A DNA stretch of 64,000 nucleotides from Sulfitobacter sp. (GTDB lineage: Bacteria > Pseudomonadota > Alphaproteobacteria > Rhodobacterales > Rhodobacteraceae). Shown in pieces: positions 1-9,234 of this stretch. The stretch is from contig JBDVSG010000159.1 of the NCBI GenBank assembly GCA_039967155.1, positions 10,020 through 74,019 on the forward strand, read 5' to 3'. The notes under the pieces were generated by a model. It was not told the DNA's origin and ran no database searches. It saw only the letters and a program-made list of their open reading frames with translations. Each line of letters begins with the position of its first letter. The first letter of the stretch is position 1. The position numbers and the translations under genes are program-made.

Positions 1-528
1 GGCCGTCAGGGCCAACACATCCGACCCGATCGGCAAAATCGGTCCATGGGCTGAATAATTATACGCCGTTGATCCCGCAGGCGTGGCAACCAACGCCCCA
101 TCGCAGACCAGCTCTTCCATCCGCAGCCGGTCATCCACAGTGACCTGCAACTTTGCCGCCTGAGGACCCTGCCGCAGCAACGCCACCTCATTCAACGCCA
201 ACCCCTGCGAGACACTGCCATCCACATGGGTGGCCTTCATCGACAACGGATTGATGACCGCGACCTCTGCGGCCTTTAGCCGTGCGCGCAGATCTGATTC
301 GGCATAGGCATTCATCAAAAATCCGATGGTCCCGCGATTCATACCATAGACCGGCGCCGTCAATGCCTGCGTCCCATGCAGCGTTTGCAGCATAAATCCG
401 TCGCCGCCCAGCGCCACGATCACATCCGCCTGTTCGGCAGGTACATTCCCATACCGCCCGATCAATGCCGCCCGCGCGGTCTGCGCAACGGGGGTGCGGC
501 TGGCCAAAAAGGCTATTTTCTGTGGCAT
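1..528 (-). CDS. nadK: NAD kinase, 5' part of gene (C-terminus lies beyond window start)
   Basis: Reverse translation from ATG (rc of 526-528) gives [16 protein letters not shown]...[16 protein letters not shown]...[11 protein letters not shown]...[19 protein letters not shown] and NRGxxGFL motifs match NAD kinases. The ORF runs off the window edge, so it is absent from the ORF track. Confidence 0.85.
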   Translation of the reverse strand, partial: MPQKIAFLASRTPVAQTARAALIGRYGNVPAEQADVIVALGGDGFMLQTLHGTQALTAPVYGMNRGTIGFLMNAYAESDLRARLKAAEVAVINPLSMKATHVDGSVSQGLALNEVALLRQGPQAAKLQVTVDDRLRMEELVCDGALVATPAGSTAYNYSAHGPILPIGSDVLALTA

Positions 529-740
529 GTTGTTTCCGATCCGCGCCGCTTTCTACTCACACAATCACAAAAGTCTTATGCGCACCAGCACCCCTTCGCA
601 AATGCGACTTTTGCCTCAAAAAGAAGGGTGCACCTGTCGATTGGCGCATCTAACTCATGGCCAGTCGTTTTCGTGTCTTCAACTTCCATAGCGTTTCCGA
701 TACGAAACGCGCAACTGTAATGCACGCCCAAGGAGCCACC

Positions 741-2018
741 ATGTCAGATTTCTTCACCCGCACGCTTGCTGCATCCGACCCAGCCATCGCCGAGGCCATC
801 GGCCTAGAACTGGGCCGCCAGCGCGATGAGATCGAACTGATCGCATCCGAAAACATCGTCTCCACCGCCGTCATGGAAGCCCAAGGCAGCGTGATGACCA
901 ACAAATACGCCGAAGGCTACCCGGGCCGTCGTTACTATGGCGGTTGCCAATTCGTCGACATCGCCGAGAACCTCGCGATTGAACGGGCCTGCGAACTGTT
1001 CGATTGCGGCTTTGCCAACGTTCAGCCGAACTCGGGTTCGCAAGCGAACCAAGGTGTGTTCCAAGCCCTGCTTCAGCCGGGTGATACGATCTTGGGCATG
1101 TCGCTAGACGCAGGCGGCCACCTGACACATGGCGCCAAGCCAAACCAGTCGGGCAAATGGTTCAACGCCATCCAATACGGTGTGCGCAAGCAAGACAACC
1201 TGCTGGACTATGACCAAGTCCAAGAGCTGGCCAATGAACATAAGCCGAAGATGATCATCGCAGGCGGCTCCGCCATCCCTCGCCAGATCGACTTTGCCAA
1301 AATGCGCGAAATCGCCGACAGCGTTGGCGCCTATCTGCACGTGGACATGGCCCACTTTGCTGGTCTGGTTGCGGCAGGCGAACACCCATCGCCCTTCCCG
1401 CACGCACATGTTGCCACCACCACCACGCATAAAACCCTGCGCGGTCCGCGCGGCGGCATGATCCTGACGAACGACGAAGCGCTGGCGAAAAAATTCAACT
1501 CTGCCATCTTCCCTGGCATCCAAGGCGGCCCACTGATGCATGTCATCGCAGGCAAAGCCGTGGCCTTCGGTGAAGCGCTGCAGCCAGAATTCAAAACCTA
1601 CATCAAACAGGTGATCCTCAACGCCCAAGCACTGTCCGATCAACTGATCAAAGGTGGCTTGGACACAGTGACACACGGCACAGACACCCATGTCGTGCTG
1701 GTGGATCTGCGCCCCAAAGGCGTGACAGGCAACATCGTGGACAAGGCCCTCGGCCGCGCCCACATCACCTGCAACAAGAACGGCGTGCCGTTTGACCCTG
1801 AAAAGCCGACCGTGACCTCCGGCATCCGCCTCGGCTCCCCTGCGGGCACCACGCGCGGCTTCGGCGAGGTCGAGTTCCGCCAGATCGCCGATTGGATCAT
1901 CGAAGTGGTCGACGGCATCGCGGCCAACGGCGCGGATGGGAACGCAGAAGTAGAAGCCAAGGTAAAGGCAGAAGTAGAAGCACTCTGCGCGCGCTTCCCG
2001 CTTTACCCGAACCTGTAA
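741..2018 (+). CDS. glyA: serine hydroxymethyltransferase
   Basis: ORF 657..2018, start trimmed to ATG 741 (AGGAG at 731-735). SHMT-like throughout, including the PLP-lysine motif [14 protein letters not shown]. Confidence 0.97.
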   Translation: MSDFFTRTLAASDPAIAEAIGLELGRQRDEIELIASENIVSTAVMEAQGSVMTNKYAEGYPGRRYYGGCQFVDIAENLAIERACELFDCGFANVQPNSGSQANQGVFQALLQPGDTILGMSLDAGGHLTHGAKPNQSGKWFNAIQYGVRKQDNLLDYDQVQELANEHKPKMIIAGGSAIPRQIDFAKMREIADSVGAYLHVDMAHFAGLVAAGEHPSPFPHAHVATTTTHKTLRGPRGGMILTNDEALAKKFNSAIFPGIQGGPLMHVIAGKAVAFGEALQPEFKTYIKQVILNAQALSDQLIKGGLDTVTHGTDTHVVLVDLRPKGVTGNIVDKALGRAHITCNKNGVPFDPEKPTVTSGIRLGSPAGTTRGFGEVEFRQIADWIIEVVDGIAANGADGNAEVEAKVKAEVEALCARFPLYPNL

Positions 2019-2055
2019 CGTCTCACCGTCAGGCGAATACCTGATTGAAAAACAT

Positions 2056-2088
2056 AAGGCCTCGCGCAACATGCGCGGGGCCTTTTTT
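2056..2088 (+). terminator. rho-independent terminator after glyA
   Basis: aaggcctcgcgc / aacat / gcgcggggcctt forms a 12-bp GC-rich stem (one G-U pair) followed by a T-run. Confidence 0.8.
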
Positions 2089-2184
2089 GTGGCCCCCCGG
2101 CTCCATCGCTTTCTAGGTCACATTCGCTTTCATTTTGCCCCCGACAATGCCAATCTTGAAGACAGCAGCAACGGCGGGAAAGTC

Positions 2185-2544
2185 ATGTTAAGTGCAATTC
2201 ACCACGTACAATTGGCCATGCCACAAGGCCAAGAAGCCCAAGCGCGCGATTTCTATTCTGGCGTGCTTGGCCTCTGCGAAGTTGCAAAGCCAGAACGCCT
2301 AACCAAACGGGGCGGCTGCTGGTTCGAAAGCGGCCCCGTGAAGGTTCACCTCGGGGTCATGCCTGATTTTCGTCCCGCCACCAAAGCCCATCCAGCCTTC
2401 CTTGTGGAGGATCTGAACGCCCTTCGCGCGCGTTGCGAGGCTGCGCAGCTGCGTTGCATAGACGACCAAAACCTTGCAGGCATTGCGCGATTTTATGTGT
2501 TTGATCCCTTTGGCAACAGGATCGAACTCATGCAGCCCCTCTAA
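2185..2544 (+). CDS. VOC (glyoxalase/bleomycin-resistance) family protein
   Basis: ORF 2071..2544 trimmed to ATG 2185 (MLSAIHHVQLAMPQG...). Typical VOC N-terminus and FDPFGNRIEL C-terminal strand. Confidence 0.75.
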   Translation: MLSAIHHVQLAMPQGQEAQARDFYSGVLGLCEVAKPERLTKRGGCWFESGPVKVHLGVMPDFRPATKAHPAFLVEDLNALRARCEAAQLRCIDDQNLAGIARFYVFDPFGNRIELMQPL

Positions 2545-2732
2545 AGCACCGCCAAAAGGACCGAGGCATCTATGCCGTCTGGCAACACCAGATCCGGCAT
2601 CCGCAAGCCTCCCCTTCCCAGCGCCCAACACAGGAAACCTGTGATCTTACGCAACGCCGCTCTAGACAACCTTTCCCAAGCAAGACACAAAAGACAAACT
2701 GTCTATCTACAAGCCATATTTTGGGAACCTCC

Positions 2733-3110
2733 ATGAAAAAATCCGCATTAATTCTCATCGGGCTGCTCGCCGCGCTGCACTTCTATATCGCGTGGTTCGA
2801 GATATTCGCATGGACGTCCCGTGGGCCTGCGATTTTTGACACATTGCCCGCAGATCTTTTTGCGCAAACCACCCAATTGGCCGCCAACCAAGGCATCTAT
2901 AACGTGTTCCTTGCGGTCGGGCTGGTCTGGTCGTTGTTGATCAAGGACATCAAATGGCAATTCAACATCGCGGCGTGCTTTTTGGGCTTTGTCGCCGTTG
3001 CAGGGATCGTCGCTGCGCTGACGATTGCGCTGAAATCCGGCCTGCCGCAATTCGCCCCTGCCAGCATCGCGCTGGCCCTGCTGTTCGCCTCAAAAGAGAA
3101 AACCAGCTAA
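2733..3110 (+). CDS. DUF1304-like small membrane protein
   Basis: MKKSALILIGLLAALHFYIAWFEIFAWT...LAANQGIYNVFLAVGLVWSLL. Four hydrophobic helices. Family assignment is from memory of the DUF1304 pattern. Confidence 0.7.
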   Translation: MKKSALILIGLLAALHFYIAWFEIFAWTSRGPAIFDTLPADLFAQTTQLAANQGIYNVFLAVGLVWSLLIKDIKWQFNIAACFLGFVAVAGIVAALTIALKSGLPQFAPASIALALLFASKEKTS

Positions 3111-3140
3111 ATCCAAATTCTGTATAATAGCGAGCATGCC

Positions 3141-3539
3141 ATGATCATTCACCCCGCTGGTTCCCGCCCCTCTGGCACAGGGTCCGCTGCCTATTTCACC
3201 GGCACGGTGCGCATGGATCCCCTGATCAGCACGCCAGCGCCCGCACGCCTGCGCGGGGTGACCGTAACGTTTGAAGCGGCCGCACGCACCGCGTGGCATA
3301 CCCATCCGTTGGGCCAGACAATCATCGTCACCGCAGGCGTTGGTTTGGCCCAGCGCGCGGGCGGCCCGATCGAAGTCATTCGCCCCGGCGATACCGTTTA
3401 CTTTGAACCGGATGAAAAACATTGGCACGGCGCCGCCCCAGAAGTCGCCATGACCCATATCGCCCTTCAAGAAGAACTGGATGGCGTTTCTGTCACATGG
3501 ATGGAGCACGTCACCGACGCGCAATATTCTCAGACGTAG
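3141..3539 (+). CDS. cupin domain protein
   Basis: Cupin motifs WHTHPLGQ...PGDTVYFEPDEKHWHGA in a 132-aa ORF. Confidence 0.8.
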   Translation: MIIHPAGSRPSGTGSAAYFTGTVRMDPLISTPAPARLRGVTVTFEAAARTAWHTHPLGQTIIVTAGVGLAQRAGGPIEVIRPGDTVYFEPDEKHWHGAAPEVAMTHIALQEELDGVSVTWMEHVTDAQYSQT

Positions 3540-3904
3540 CCGCGCCACCACAGCCAGACGATAAACAGCACCACCACCAACAGCAGATTGGCCACAATCG
3601 CGCCGGTCACACTGAGGATGCGACCCTTGCGCATCTCAACGACATCCAATTGCTCCAGATAGGCGCGCATGTGTTCAAAAGCCGCCGTGACCTGCCCCGC
3701 ATCCACCTGCCGCGCGGTTTTGGGATTATGCGCCAACATCTCGGCGCGCATCAACGCCGCGCCGCTTTTGCGCACCCCGCGCGGCAACCGCCGCCCTGCA
3801 CGGCGCAACGACTGCCGCAGATCGCGCCCCCGCACATCCAGCTTTTGTTGCAACAACCCACGCAACTTGCGCGACTTTGCCGCCATATCCTTGTCGGTAA
3901 TCAT
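3530..3904 (-). CDS. hypothetical protein with C-terminal membrane anchor
   Basis: ORF 3530..4117 trimmed to ATG 3904 (MITDKDMAAKSRKL...) so it no longer overlaps the hydrolase gene. Arg-rich with a C-terminal TM helix (IVANLLLVVVLFIVWLWW). No recognised domain. Confidence 0.45.
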   Translation of the reverse strand: MITDKDMAAKSRKLRGLLQQKLDVRGRDLRQSLRRAGRRLPRGVRKSGAALMRAEMLAHNPKTARQVDAGQVTAAFEHMRAYLEQLDVVEMRKGRILSVTGAIVANLLLVVVLFIVWLWWRGYV

Positions 3905-3958
3905 ACCCGCCTGTCTAAGGTGCTGGCGCTGCGCCCGCAATGGCGCTAGGCCTATGTC

Positions 3959-4720
3959 ATGCTTAGCTTTACCGAATTCGGGGATGCCTCCCCTGACATG
4001 CCGCCCCTTATCATCGCCCACGGCCTCTATGGGTCGGGACGCAACTGGGGCGTGATCGCCAAACGCCTGTCCGATACGCGCCGCGTCATTACCCCTGACA
4101 TGCGTAACCACGGCCACAGCCCGCGCGAAGCCTCAAACAACTATGACGATATGGCCGCCGATCTGGCCGAACTCATCGAACACATCGGGGCACCCGTCGA
4201 TCTATGCGGCCACTCTATGGGGGGAAAAGCTGCCATGGTCATGGCGTTGAAACACCCGCAGCTGCTGCGCAGGCTGGTCGTGGCCGATATCGCCCCTGTG
4301 GCCTATTCCCATTCTCAATCCCACCAAATTGCGGCCATGCGCGCTGTGGATCTGGCAAACCTCACCCGCCGCTCGGAGGCCGCCGAGCAGCTGGGCGCCC
4401 AAGGGGTTGAGCCCGCCTTACAAAGTTTCTTCACCCAATCGCTGGATGTCGCAGCCAAACGCTGGCGTCTGAATTTGGACGTGCTTGAGGCGGAAATGGA
4501 CAAAATCATCGGCTTTCCGGACGTTTCAGGCCAATTTGACAAGCCCGCCCTCTTCCTGACAGGCGCCGACAGCGATTACGTCACCCCGCAGGACCGCCCG
4601 CGCATCAAATCGCTGTTTCCTGCCGCGAAATTCGCCAAAATCCCGCAAACCGGCCACTGGCTGCACGCAGATCGGCCCCGCGCCTTCGAAGCTGCCCTGC
4701 GCACCTATCTTGACAGCTGA
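3959..4720 (+). CDS. alpha/beta hydrolase (YbfF-like esterase)
   Basis: 253-aa ORF with nucleophile elbow GHSMGG, PPLIIAHGLYGSGRNW N-terminus and C-terminal GHWLH. Confidence 0.88.
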   Translation: MLSFTEFGDASPDMPPLIIAHGLYGSGRNWGVIAKRLSDTRRVITPDMRNHGHSPREASNNYDDMAADLAELIEHIGAPVDLCGHSMGGKAAMVMALKHPQLLRRLVVADIAPVAYSHSQSHQIAAMRAVDLANLTRRSEAAEQLGAQGVEPALQSFFTQSLDVAAKRWRLNLDVLEAEMDKIIGFPDVSGQFDKPALFLTGADSDYVTPQDRPRIKSLFPAAKFAKIPQTGHWLHADRPRAFEAALRTYLDS

Positions 4721-5194
4721 CTAGCCGCCCAACTGCGGCCGCATCGCCTGATACACAACTGCCGCCGCCACATTCGCCAGATTGAGCGAACGCACCCGCT
4801 TGTCCAACATCGGCAGATTAAAGACGCGGTCCTCCATGCCCTCCAGCACCTCAGCCGGCAGGCCCGCAGATTCGCAGCCAAACACCAAATAGGCATCGCG
4901 CGGATAATCGGGTTCGTAAAACGTCTGCGCACCGTCTTCCTCATAGAAATGAAGCTGCCCCCGCTCGGGCTGGCGCGCGGCCAGAAAATGCGCCCAACTG
5001 TCATACTCCGACAGGTTTACATGTTTCCAATAGTCCGTCCCCGCACGGCGCACTGATTTCTCATCCAGCGAAAACCCGTAAGGTTTGATCAAGATCAGCT
5101 CGAGGTTCAGCGCCACACAAGTCCGCCCAATCGCCCCCGTATTATAAGGAATCTCAGGCGTCACGAGCACCATTTTCATCTTCGGTTCAGACAT
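4721..5194 (-). CDS. trmL: tRNA (cytidine/uridine-2'-O-)-methyltransferase, SpoU/TrmL type
   Basis: MKMVLVTPEIPYNTGAIGRTC...YLVFGCESAGLP...RSLNLANVAAAVVYQA are SPOUT motifs. Start choice (5194 vs 5179) is uncertain. Confidence 0.82.
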   Translation of the reverse strand: MSEPKMKMVLVTPEIPYNTGAIGRTCVALNLELILIKPYGFSLDEKSVRRAGTDYWKHVNLSEYDSWAHFLAARQPERGQLHFYEEDGAQTFYEPDYPRDAYLVFGCESAGLPAEVLEGMEDRVFNLPMLDKRVRSLNLANVAAAVVYQAMRPQLGG

Positions 5195-5340
5195 AACAAC
5201 AACCCGCTTTCTCAGAGGCAAAGGCAAAACCACCTACCCATTCCCGCCCTCCTACCCCGTCACGGGGGGCACAAACAACGCAAACCTGCTGGTTCATTCA
5301 ACTGACGCAGTGGGCGAAACTGATGGACGCAGTACTTTAG

Positions 5341-5493
5341 TCTTTAAGAAAAGATGAATGTTTGAATGAGCACCTGTTCGACAGCCTACGCCTTGCCCAC
5401 AATTTAATGGCGGCATGGTGGAAAGGCTTCAAACACTACCGTCCACATTTTAGCCGCGCTGTAGGACACCAGCGGAACATGTTAGCCGGTTAA
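5341..5493 (+). pseudogene. C-terminal remnant of an IS3/IS481-type DDE transposase (rve_3 region)
   Basis: Frame reads SLKKDECLNEHLFDSLRLAHNLMAAWWKGFKHYRPHFSRAVGHQ*, matching the DECLNxxxFxSLxxAxxxIxxWxxxYNxxRPHSSLG transposase tail. No upstream catalytic region. Confidence 0.7.
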
Positions 5494-5861
5494 AACGTGG
5501 ACCAACACCTGAACAGAACCAATCCAAACTGGCGGGATAAATGGGGAGCAGGTCCCCTCGCGCTCACTATCGTATTCGCCACAGAGGGCTCGTTTAGGAC
5601 CTTCGCTGCATTTGCAGCTTCTATATGATATAATGCGAAATCAGCGTCTGGATTTCGCCTCAGTCTGTTCACGTCTGATCACAGGTCGGTGTGGCTGATT
5701 GATTTTTACCTGTGGGAATGTTCGAAGCAAACACGACCGAAGGAAAATCTTACACTGATCGACCGCTAGCAGGCCTACATCCCCAAACTGGCGCTAACCG
5801 TCGGTAAGCCCGACGAAAATGTAGACAAAAAGGAACTGTGGATGATGAAAGAACGTGCCCA

Positions 5862-6506
5862 ATGAGACATCACCGTTTGATAATGATCACAGGCCAGGTC
5901 GGGCTTGTGGCAGCAATTCTCGTCGGGATCGGCGAGTTCCTTTTGCACTTTGATAAACAGGCCCGCTACACTGACACGTTTGCATTCTTTGAAGGTGTCA
6001 CGCGGGAACGCGCAACAATCGGCCATTTCTTTGGGGTCTTTGGTGCACCGCTTTATGTTGTTGGTGCGGCTCATATCTATCTGATGCTTCGCCCCGCTCA
6101 TGAGGTCGCAGCACGGATCGCGGGGCTTACGATGGCTTTCGCGTGCGTTGTGGGGGCCGTTTGGATTGGGTCACGTGCAACCGCCGTGGAACTTGTCGCT
6201 GCGGGAGGCATAGAAGAACAACTTGCCTTGTACGAACTGCGATATGAAAGCTTGCTCCAAGTTGTGCGTGTTGGTGTTCTCGCGCTCTCTGTAATCTTTA
6301 TTTGGCTGTGCCTAACGGGGCGATCTTTTTATCCGCGCGCAATGGCCATTCTGAACCCGATCTTTTTGATCATCGTATCGTTCATCATCTTCTTCACCGT
6401 GCCTGCGATTGGCAAATACATGATGCCAATCGCATTGAACGTGGCCTACTTCGTCATGTTTTCTGTGTCGCTTCGTGTCGCTTCAAAATTAAAACTGGAG
6501 GTCTAA
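5862..6506 (+). CDS. integral membrane protein, unknown function
   Basis: ORF 5838..6506 with about 6 predicted TM helices. Start uncertain (GTG 5838 / ATG 5862 / ATG 5883). Abuts the next gene (stop 6506, next ATG 6508). Confidence 0.6.
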   Translation: MRHHRLIMITGQVGLVAAILVGIGEFLLHFDKQARYTDTFAFFEGVTRERATIGHFFGVFGAPLYVVGAAHIYLMLRPAHEVAARIAGLTMAFACVVGAVWIGSRATAVELVAAGGIEEQLALYELRYESLLQVVRVGVLALSVIFIWLCLTGRSFYPRAMAILNPIFLIIVSFIIFFTVPAIGKYMMPIALNVAYFVMFSVSLRVASKLKLEV

Positions 6507-6507
6507 A

Positions 6508-8133
6508 ATGCTCAAAAAATTGAAATACGTCCCCATGGTTATGCTGCCAATTGCAGGTACAATGGCTATCACGATGACAGCCTATACGCTCAACGATAGA
6601 CGCATCGACTATGACGTCGACCTTGGCGATACGATCATTCCTGAATTTGACCATGTCGAGGTGCCGTTCGCTCAATCTCATGATGATGCGACATCATTAC
6701 CGATCACCGGCAGCGCCGCGATTGATATTGATGGCGATGGCACCGAAGAGCTTTTTATCGGTGGTAGCTTTCAGCAAGAAAACGGTCTTTTCAAATTCGA
6801 AGATGGTGCGTTCGTCCCCGTTGCAGGGCAAGCGGGCCTGACCAAACCTGCCGATGGCACGGCCTTCGGTGCCTTGGTTCTTGATCACAACAAAGACGGT
6901 CAAGTCGATATGCTTGTCACGCACCCTGAGGGTATTTGGCTTTATACAAACAACGGTGGAACGTTCACGAGCGAAAAGATGAACACCCAGATGAACGAAG
7001 ACACCACCGGTCTTTCAATCGCTGTGGCCGACGTTAACAACGACGGGCATTTCGACATGTATGTGTCGGGGTATATTCAGAACGAAAAGATTGAAGGGCT
7101 GAACATCTTTAATAGGCCGGAATATGGCGGGACTTCAGAATTATTCGTCAACAACGGCGACAACACATTCACAAATGAAACCGAGGCACGCGGGTTAACC
7201 TTTTTGCACAACACGTTCCAAGCAACATTTGGTGATTTTGAAGGCGACGGTGATCTGGACATCATAACGGCCCAAGACACAGGCAATGTGCAGACATACG
7301 TCAATGATGGCACCGGTCACTTCACCAACACTGCGAACCCAAACACGGATATTCCATCCTATCCTATGGGCATCGGTATCGCCGATCTCAACAACGATGG
7401 GTTAGCTGATTATACCTTCTCCAATATCGGATCCACGCCACCAACATTCATGGTGCGGGGCGATTTGCGTGACGATCAGCCTTTGAACCGTAAATGGATG
7501 GCGTTTGTATCTGACGGCAGCGGCGGCTTCACAGACGAAGGCGAAGCGATCCGCATTGCCGACTATGAATTCGGTTGGGGCCTAAGCCACGAAGACTTGA
7601 ACCTTGATGGTCGCGAGGATCTGATTGTGTCGCAGAACTTTGTTACGGCACCGTTCCATAAAATTGGCATGTTGCGTCTGCCAGGCCGTCTGTTGGTTCA
7701 GACTGAAACTGGCGAGATGGCTGAGGTTGGTGCCCAGAGTGGCGTTGTGAACCGTCAGTATTCAATCGCACCGTTGACCGCCGATTTTAACGGTGATGGT
7801 CGGTCTGATATTGTGCACATCAATATCGCGGGCAAGTCGCAAGCCTTTCTAAGTTCAGGCGACACTCCAAATGGGTTTTTGAAAATCCAACTGCCTGAAA
7901 GCCTCGACAGCATTGGCGCCATGGTCGAAATCACATTGGAAGATGGCACAAGCCTGTTCAAACCATATACATCCGGTGAGGGTTTGGCGTCTGACAGCAG
8001 CCGCATGATCATCGCAGGTTTGGGTTTGCAAAGCGCGACTTCGGTCACTGTGAACTTCATCGATGGGACCTCTGCTACGCAAGAGGGCACATTCCGCGAT
8101 GAAACCCTGACCTTCGAAGCTTCCGGTCAGTGA
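6508..8133 (+). CDS. FG-GAP/VCBS repeat protein with UnbV/ASPIC-like C-terminus (CRTAC1 family)
   Basis: GGAGG RBS at 6497-6501. Seven Ca-binding-like repeats (DIDGDGTEELF, DHNKDGQVDML, DVNNDGHFDMY, DFEGDGDLDII, DLNNDGLADYT, DLNLDGREDLI, DFNGDGRSDIV). N-terminal signal/anchor. Confidence 0.85.
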   Translation: MLKKLKYVPMVMLPIAGTMAITMTAYTLNDRRIDYDVDLGDTIIPEFDHVEVPFAQSHDDATSLPITGSAAIDIDGDGTEELFIGGSFQQENGLFKFEDGAFVPVAGQAGLTKPADGTAFGALVLDHNKDGQVDMLVTHPEGIWLYTNNGGTFTSEKMNTQMNEDTTGLSIAVADVNNDGHFDMYVSGYIQNEKIEGLNIFNRPEYGGTSELFVNNGDNTFTNETEARGLTFLHNTFQATFGDFEGDGDLDIITAQDTGNVQTYVNDGTGHFTNTANPNTDIPSYPMGIGIADLNNDGLADYTFSNIGSTPPTFMVRGDLRDDQPLNRKWMAFVSDGSGGFTDEGEAIRIADYEFGWGLSHEDLNLDGREDLIVSQNFVTAPFHKIGMLRLPGRLLVQTETGEMAEVGAQSGVVNRQYSIAPLTADFNGDGRSDIVHINIAGKSQAFLSSGDTPNGFLKIQLPESLDSIGAMVEITLEDGTSLFKPYTSGEGLASDSSRMIIAGLGLQSATSVTVNFIDGTSATQEGTFRDETLTFEASGQ

Positions 8134-8138
8134 TCTGG

Positions 8139-8528
8139 ATGAGCCACCTTTTGCGCGTGGGCATTGTGCTCATGTGCTTAGTGGTTTTGAGCGGGATCGT
8201 CCCGATCTCGCTCGCCCATTTCCAGACAGGCAATGCATGCCCAAACCTTGGGCCAATCCCCGCGTGCTACGTCGTTTCCGTGTGCTATGCGGCCATAGGG
8301 CTGGCGGCATTGGTGTGGTGGCGCAATCTGGCATGGTTGTTTTTCGCAGGTATTACGCCGGTCATCGTATTGGCCGCTATTGGCACGTCGCTAGAACTGG
8401 CTGGCCGACCGACCTGTCCGCTGTCTGATGAGGGCCTGCCCTTATGCTATGTGTCCCTCGCAATGGGATGCAGCTTGCTTCTTGCATTTTTAGGGATCCA
8501 ATTCTTTGAGAAAAAGAAATCTAAGTGA
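8139..8528 (+). CDS. small Cys-rich 4-TM membrane protein
   Basis: ORF 8130..8528 overlaps the upstream stop. Two loops each carry a Cys pair (NACPNLGPIPACY, RPTCPLSDEGLPLCY). A DsbB/VKOR-like thiol-oxidoreductase role is only a guess. Confidence 0.55.
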   Translation: MSHLLRVGIVLMCLVVLSGIVPISLAHFQTGNACPNLGPIPACYVVSVCYAAIGLAALVWWRNLAWLFFAGITPVIVLAAIGTSLELAGRPTCPLSDEGLPLCYVSLAMGCSLLLAFLGIQFFEKKKSK

Positions 8529-8711
8529 AACTATAAGCGTGGCAATATCGTTCCGTTCCGCCACAGCGGTCTTGAACAACCTAGGATAAAGTCGGTAATT
8601 CAAGGTCCTAGCTGGCCCTCACTGCATTTATACATCGAAAAGCTAGGATGCGGCCCAGAACGTCCGCTTTCTTCTCTGTGTCCAATCTGGTTTGCATCTG
8701 CATCCTAAGAG

Positions 8712-8806
8712 ATGGTCAGTTTGGTTGAGGAATTTTCCTCACTCGTATCGCCGAACACAAGATCAACAGGATCGATGAACTGTTGCCATGGAACTATGAA
8801 GGCTGA
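8712..8806 (+). pseudogene. IS66-family transposase C-terminal remnant
   Basis: Frame reads ...LTRIAEHKINRIDELLPWNYEG*, the characteristic IS66 TnpC tail (RIDELLPWNW). An upstream frame shift gives SVWLRNF. Confidence 0.65.
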
Positions 8807-8913
8807 AAGCGATGCTTACGTCTAAGCTGCGCTTTAGTTTGTTGATGGGCTTTGTTACGCAAATCATGTGATGGACATCTCTCCCCTGCTCCGGACGGAT
8901 TAAGCCTACTGGT

Positions 8914-9232
8914 TCAGTGACAGCTAAGCCAAGCATTGGACACAGCGATGCGGATTTGGATTTCCGCGGCTTGTCTGCCCAAGTCCCGCGCCATCAACGA
9001 TTGACCTATCAAGTTCAAACAATGCATCCACTGACCGGCAGGGCTATGCGAAGCAGGGTCCCGAGAGGTTTTGTTTCCACGCGGCTTCGTTGGACGGGAT
9101 TTGGCTGGGGAGATCGGGCAACACGGGCGCATCACCGATGTTAATGCCTGTGACCTCGACAGCCCGCACCTCTAGCGTCTCTTCGACAATACCTACGTGT
9201 ATCTTACGCCAAAAACAGTGCGGCGCGATGCC
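8914..9232 (-). pseudogene. IS5-family (DDE_Tnp_1) transposase remnant with internal deletion/frameshift
   Basis: Reverse frames read WRKIHVGIVEETLEVRAVEVTGINIGDAPVLPDLPSQIP... and, after a shift, MHCLNLIGQSLMARDLGRQAAEIQIRIAVSNAW. Both are typical IS5-group transposase segments. The central DDE part is missing. Confidence 0.75.
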
Positions 9233-9234
9233 CC

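Noticed and set aside
529-740. Possible ZTP (pfl) or other riboswitch in the 212-bp region upstream of glyA (cgattggcgca resembles the GACUGGCG core; small hairpin gcgtttc/gaaacgc at 691-710)
   Set aside because: The 3' pseudoknot element (CCGCCUGGGC-like) and the other conserved ZTP blocks are not present. The region is a divergent promoter shared with nadK. Only a short generic hairpin is visible. An Infernal/Rfam scan would be needed to revive this.
1921-1985. Direct repeat gcagaagtagaagc ... gcagaagtagaagc near the 3' end of glyA
   Set aside because: It is in-frame and encodes [13 protein letters not shown] in the C-terminal helix of SHMT. This segment is normal in alphaproteobacterial GlyA proteins as far as I recall, so it is not a mobile or regulatory repeat.
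1104-2072. 322-aa ORF antisense to glyA
   Set aside because: It lies entirely inside the confidently identified SHMT gene on the opposite strand and has an Arg/Ala/Gly-rich composition. This is typical of spurious antisense ORFs in GC-rich DNA.
3422-4055. Plus-strand ORFs 3422..3949 (175 aa) and 3669..4055 (128 aa)
   Set aside because: They are Arg/Pro/His-rich low-complexity translations that overlap the cupin gene end, the minus-strand 124-aa gene and the hydrolase start. They are most likely non-coding frames.
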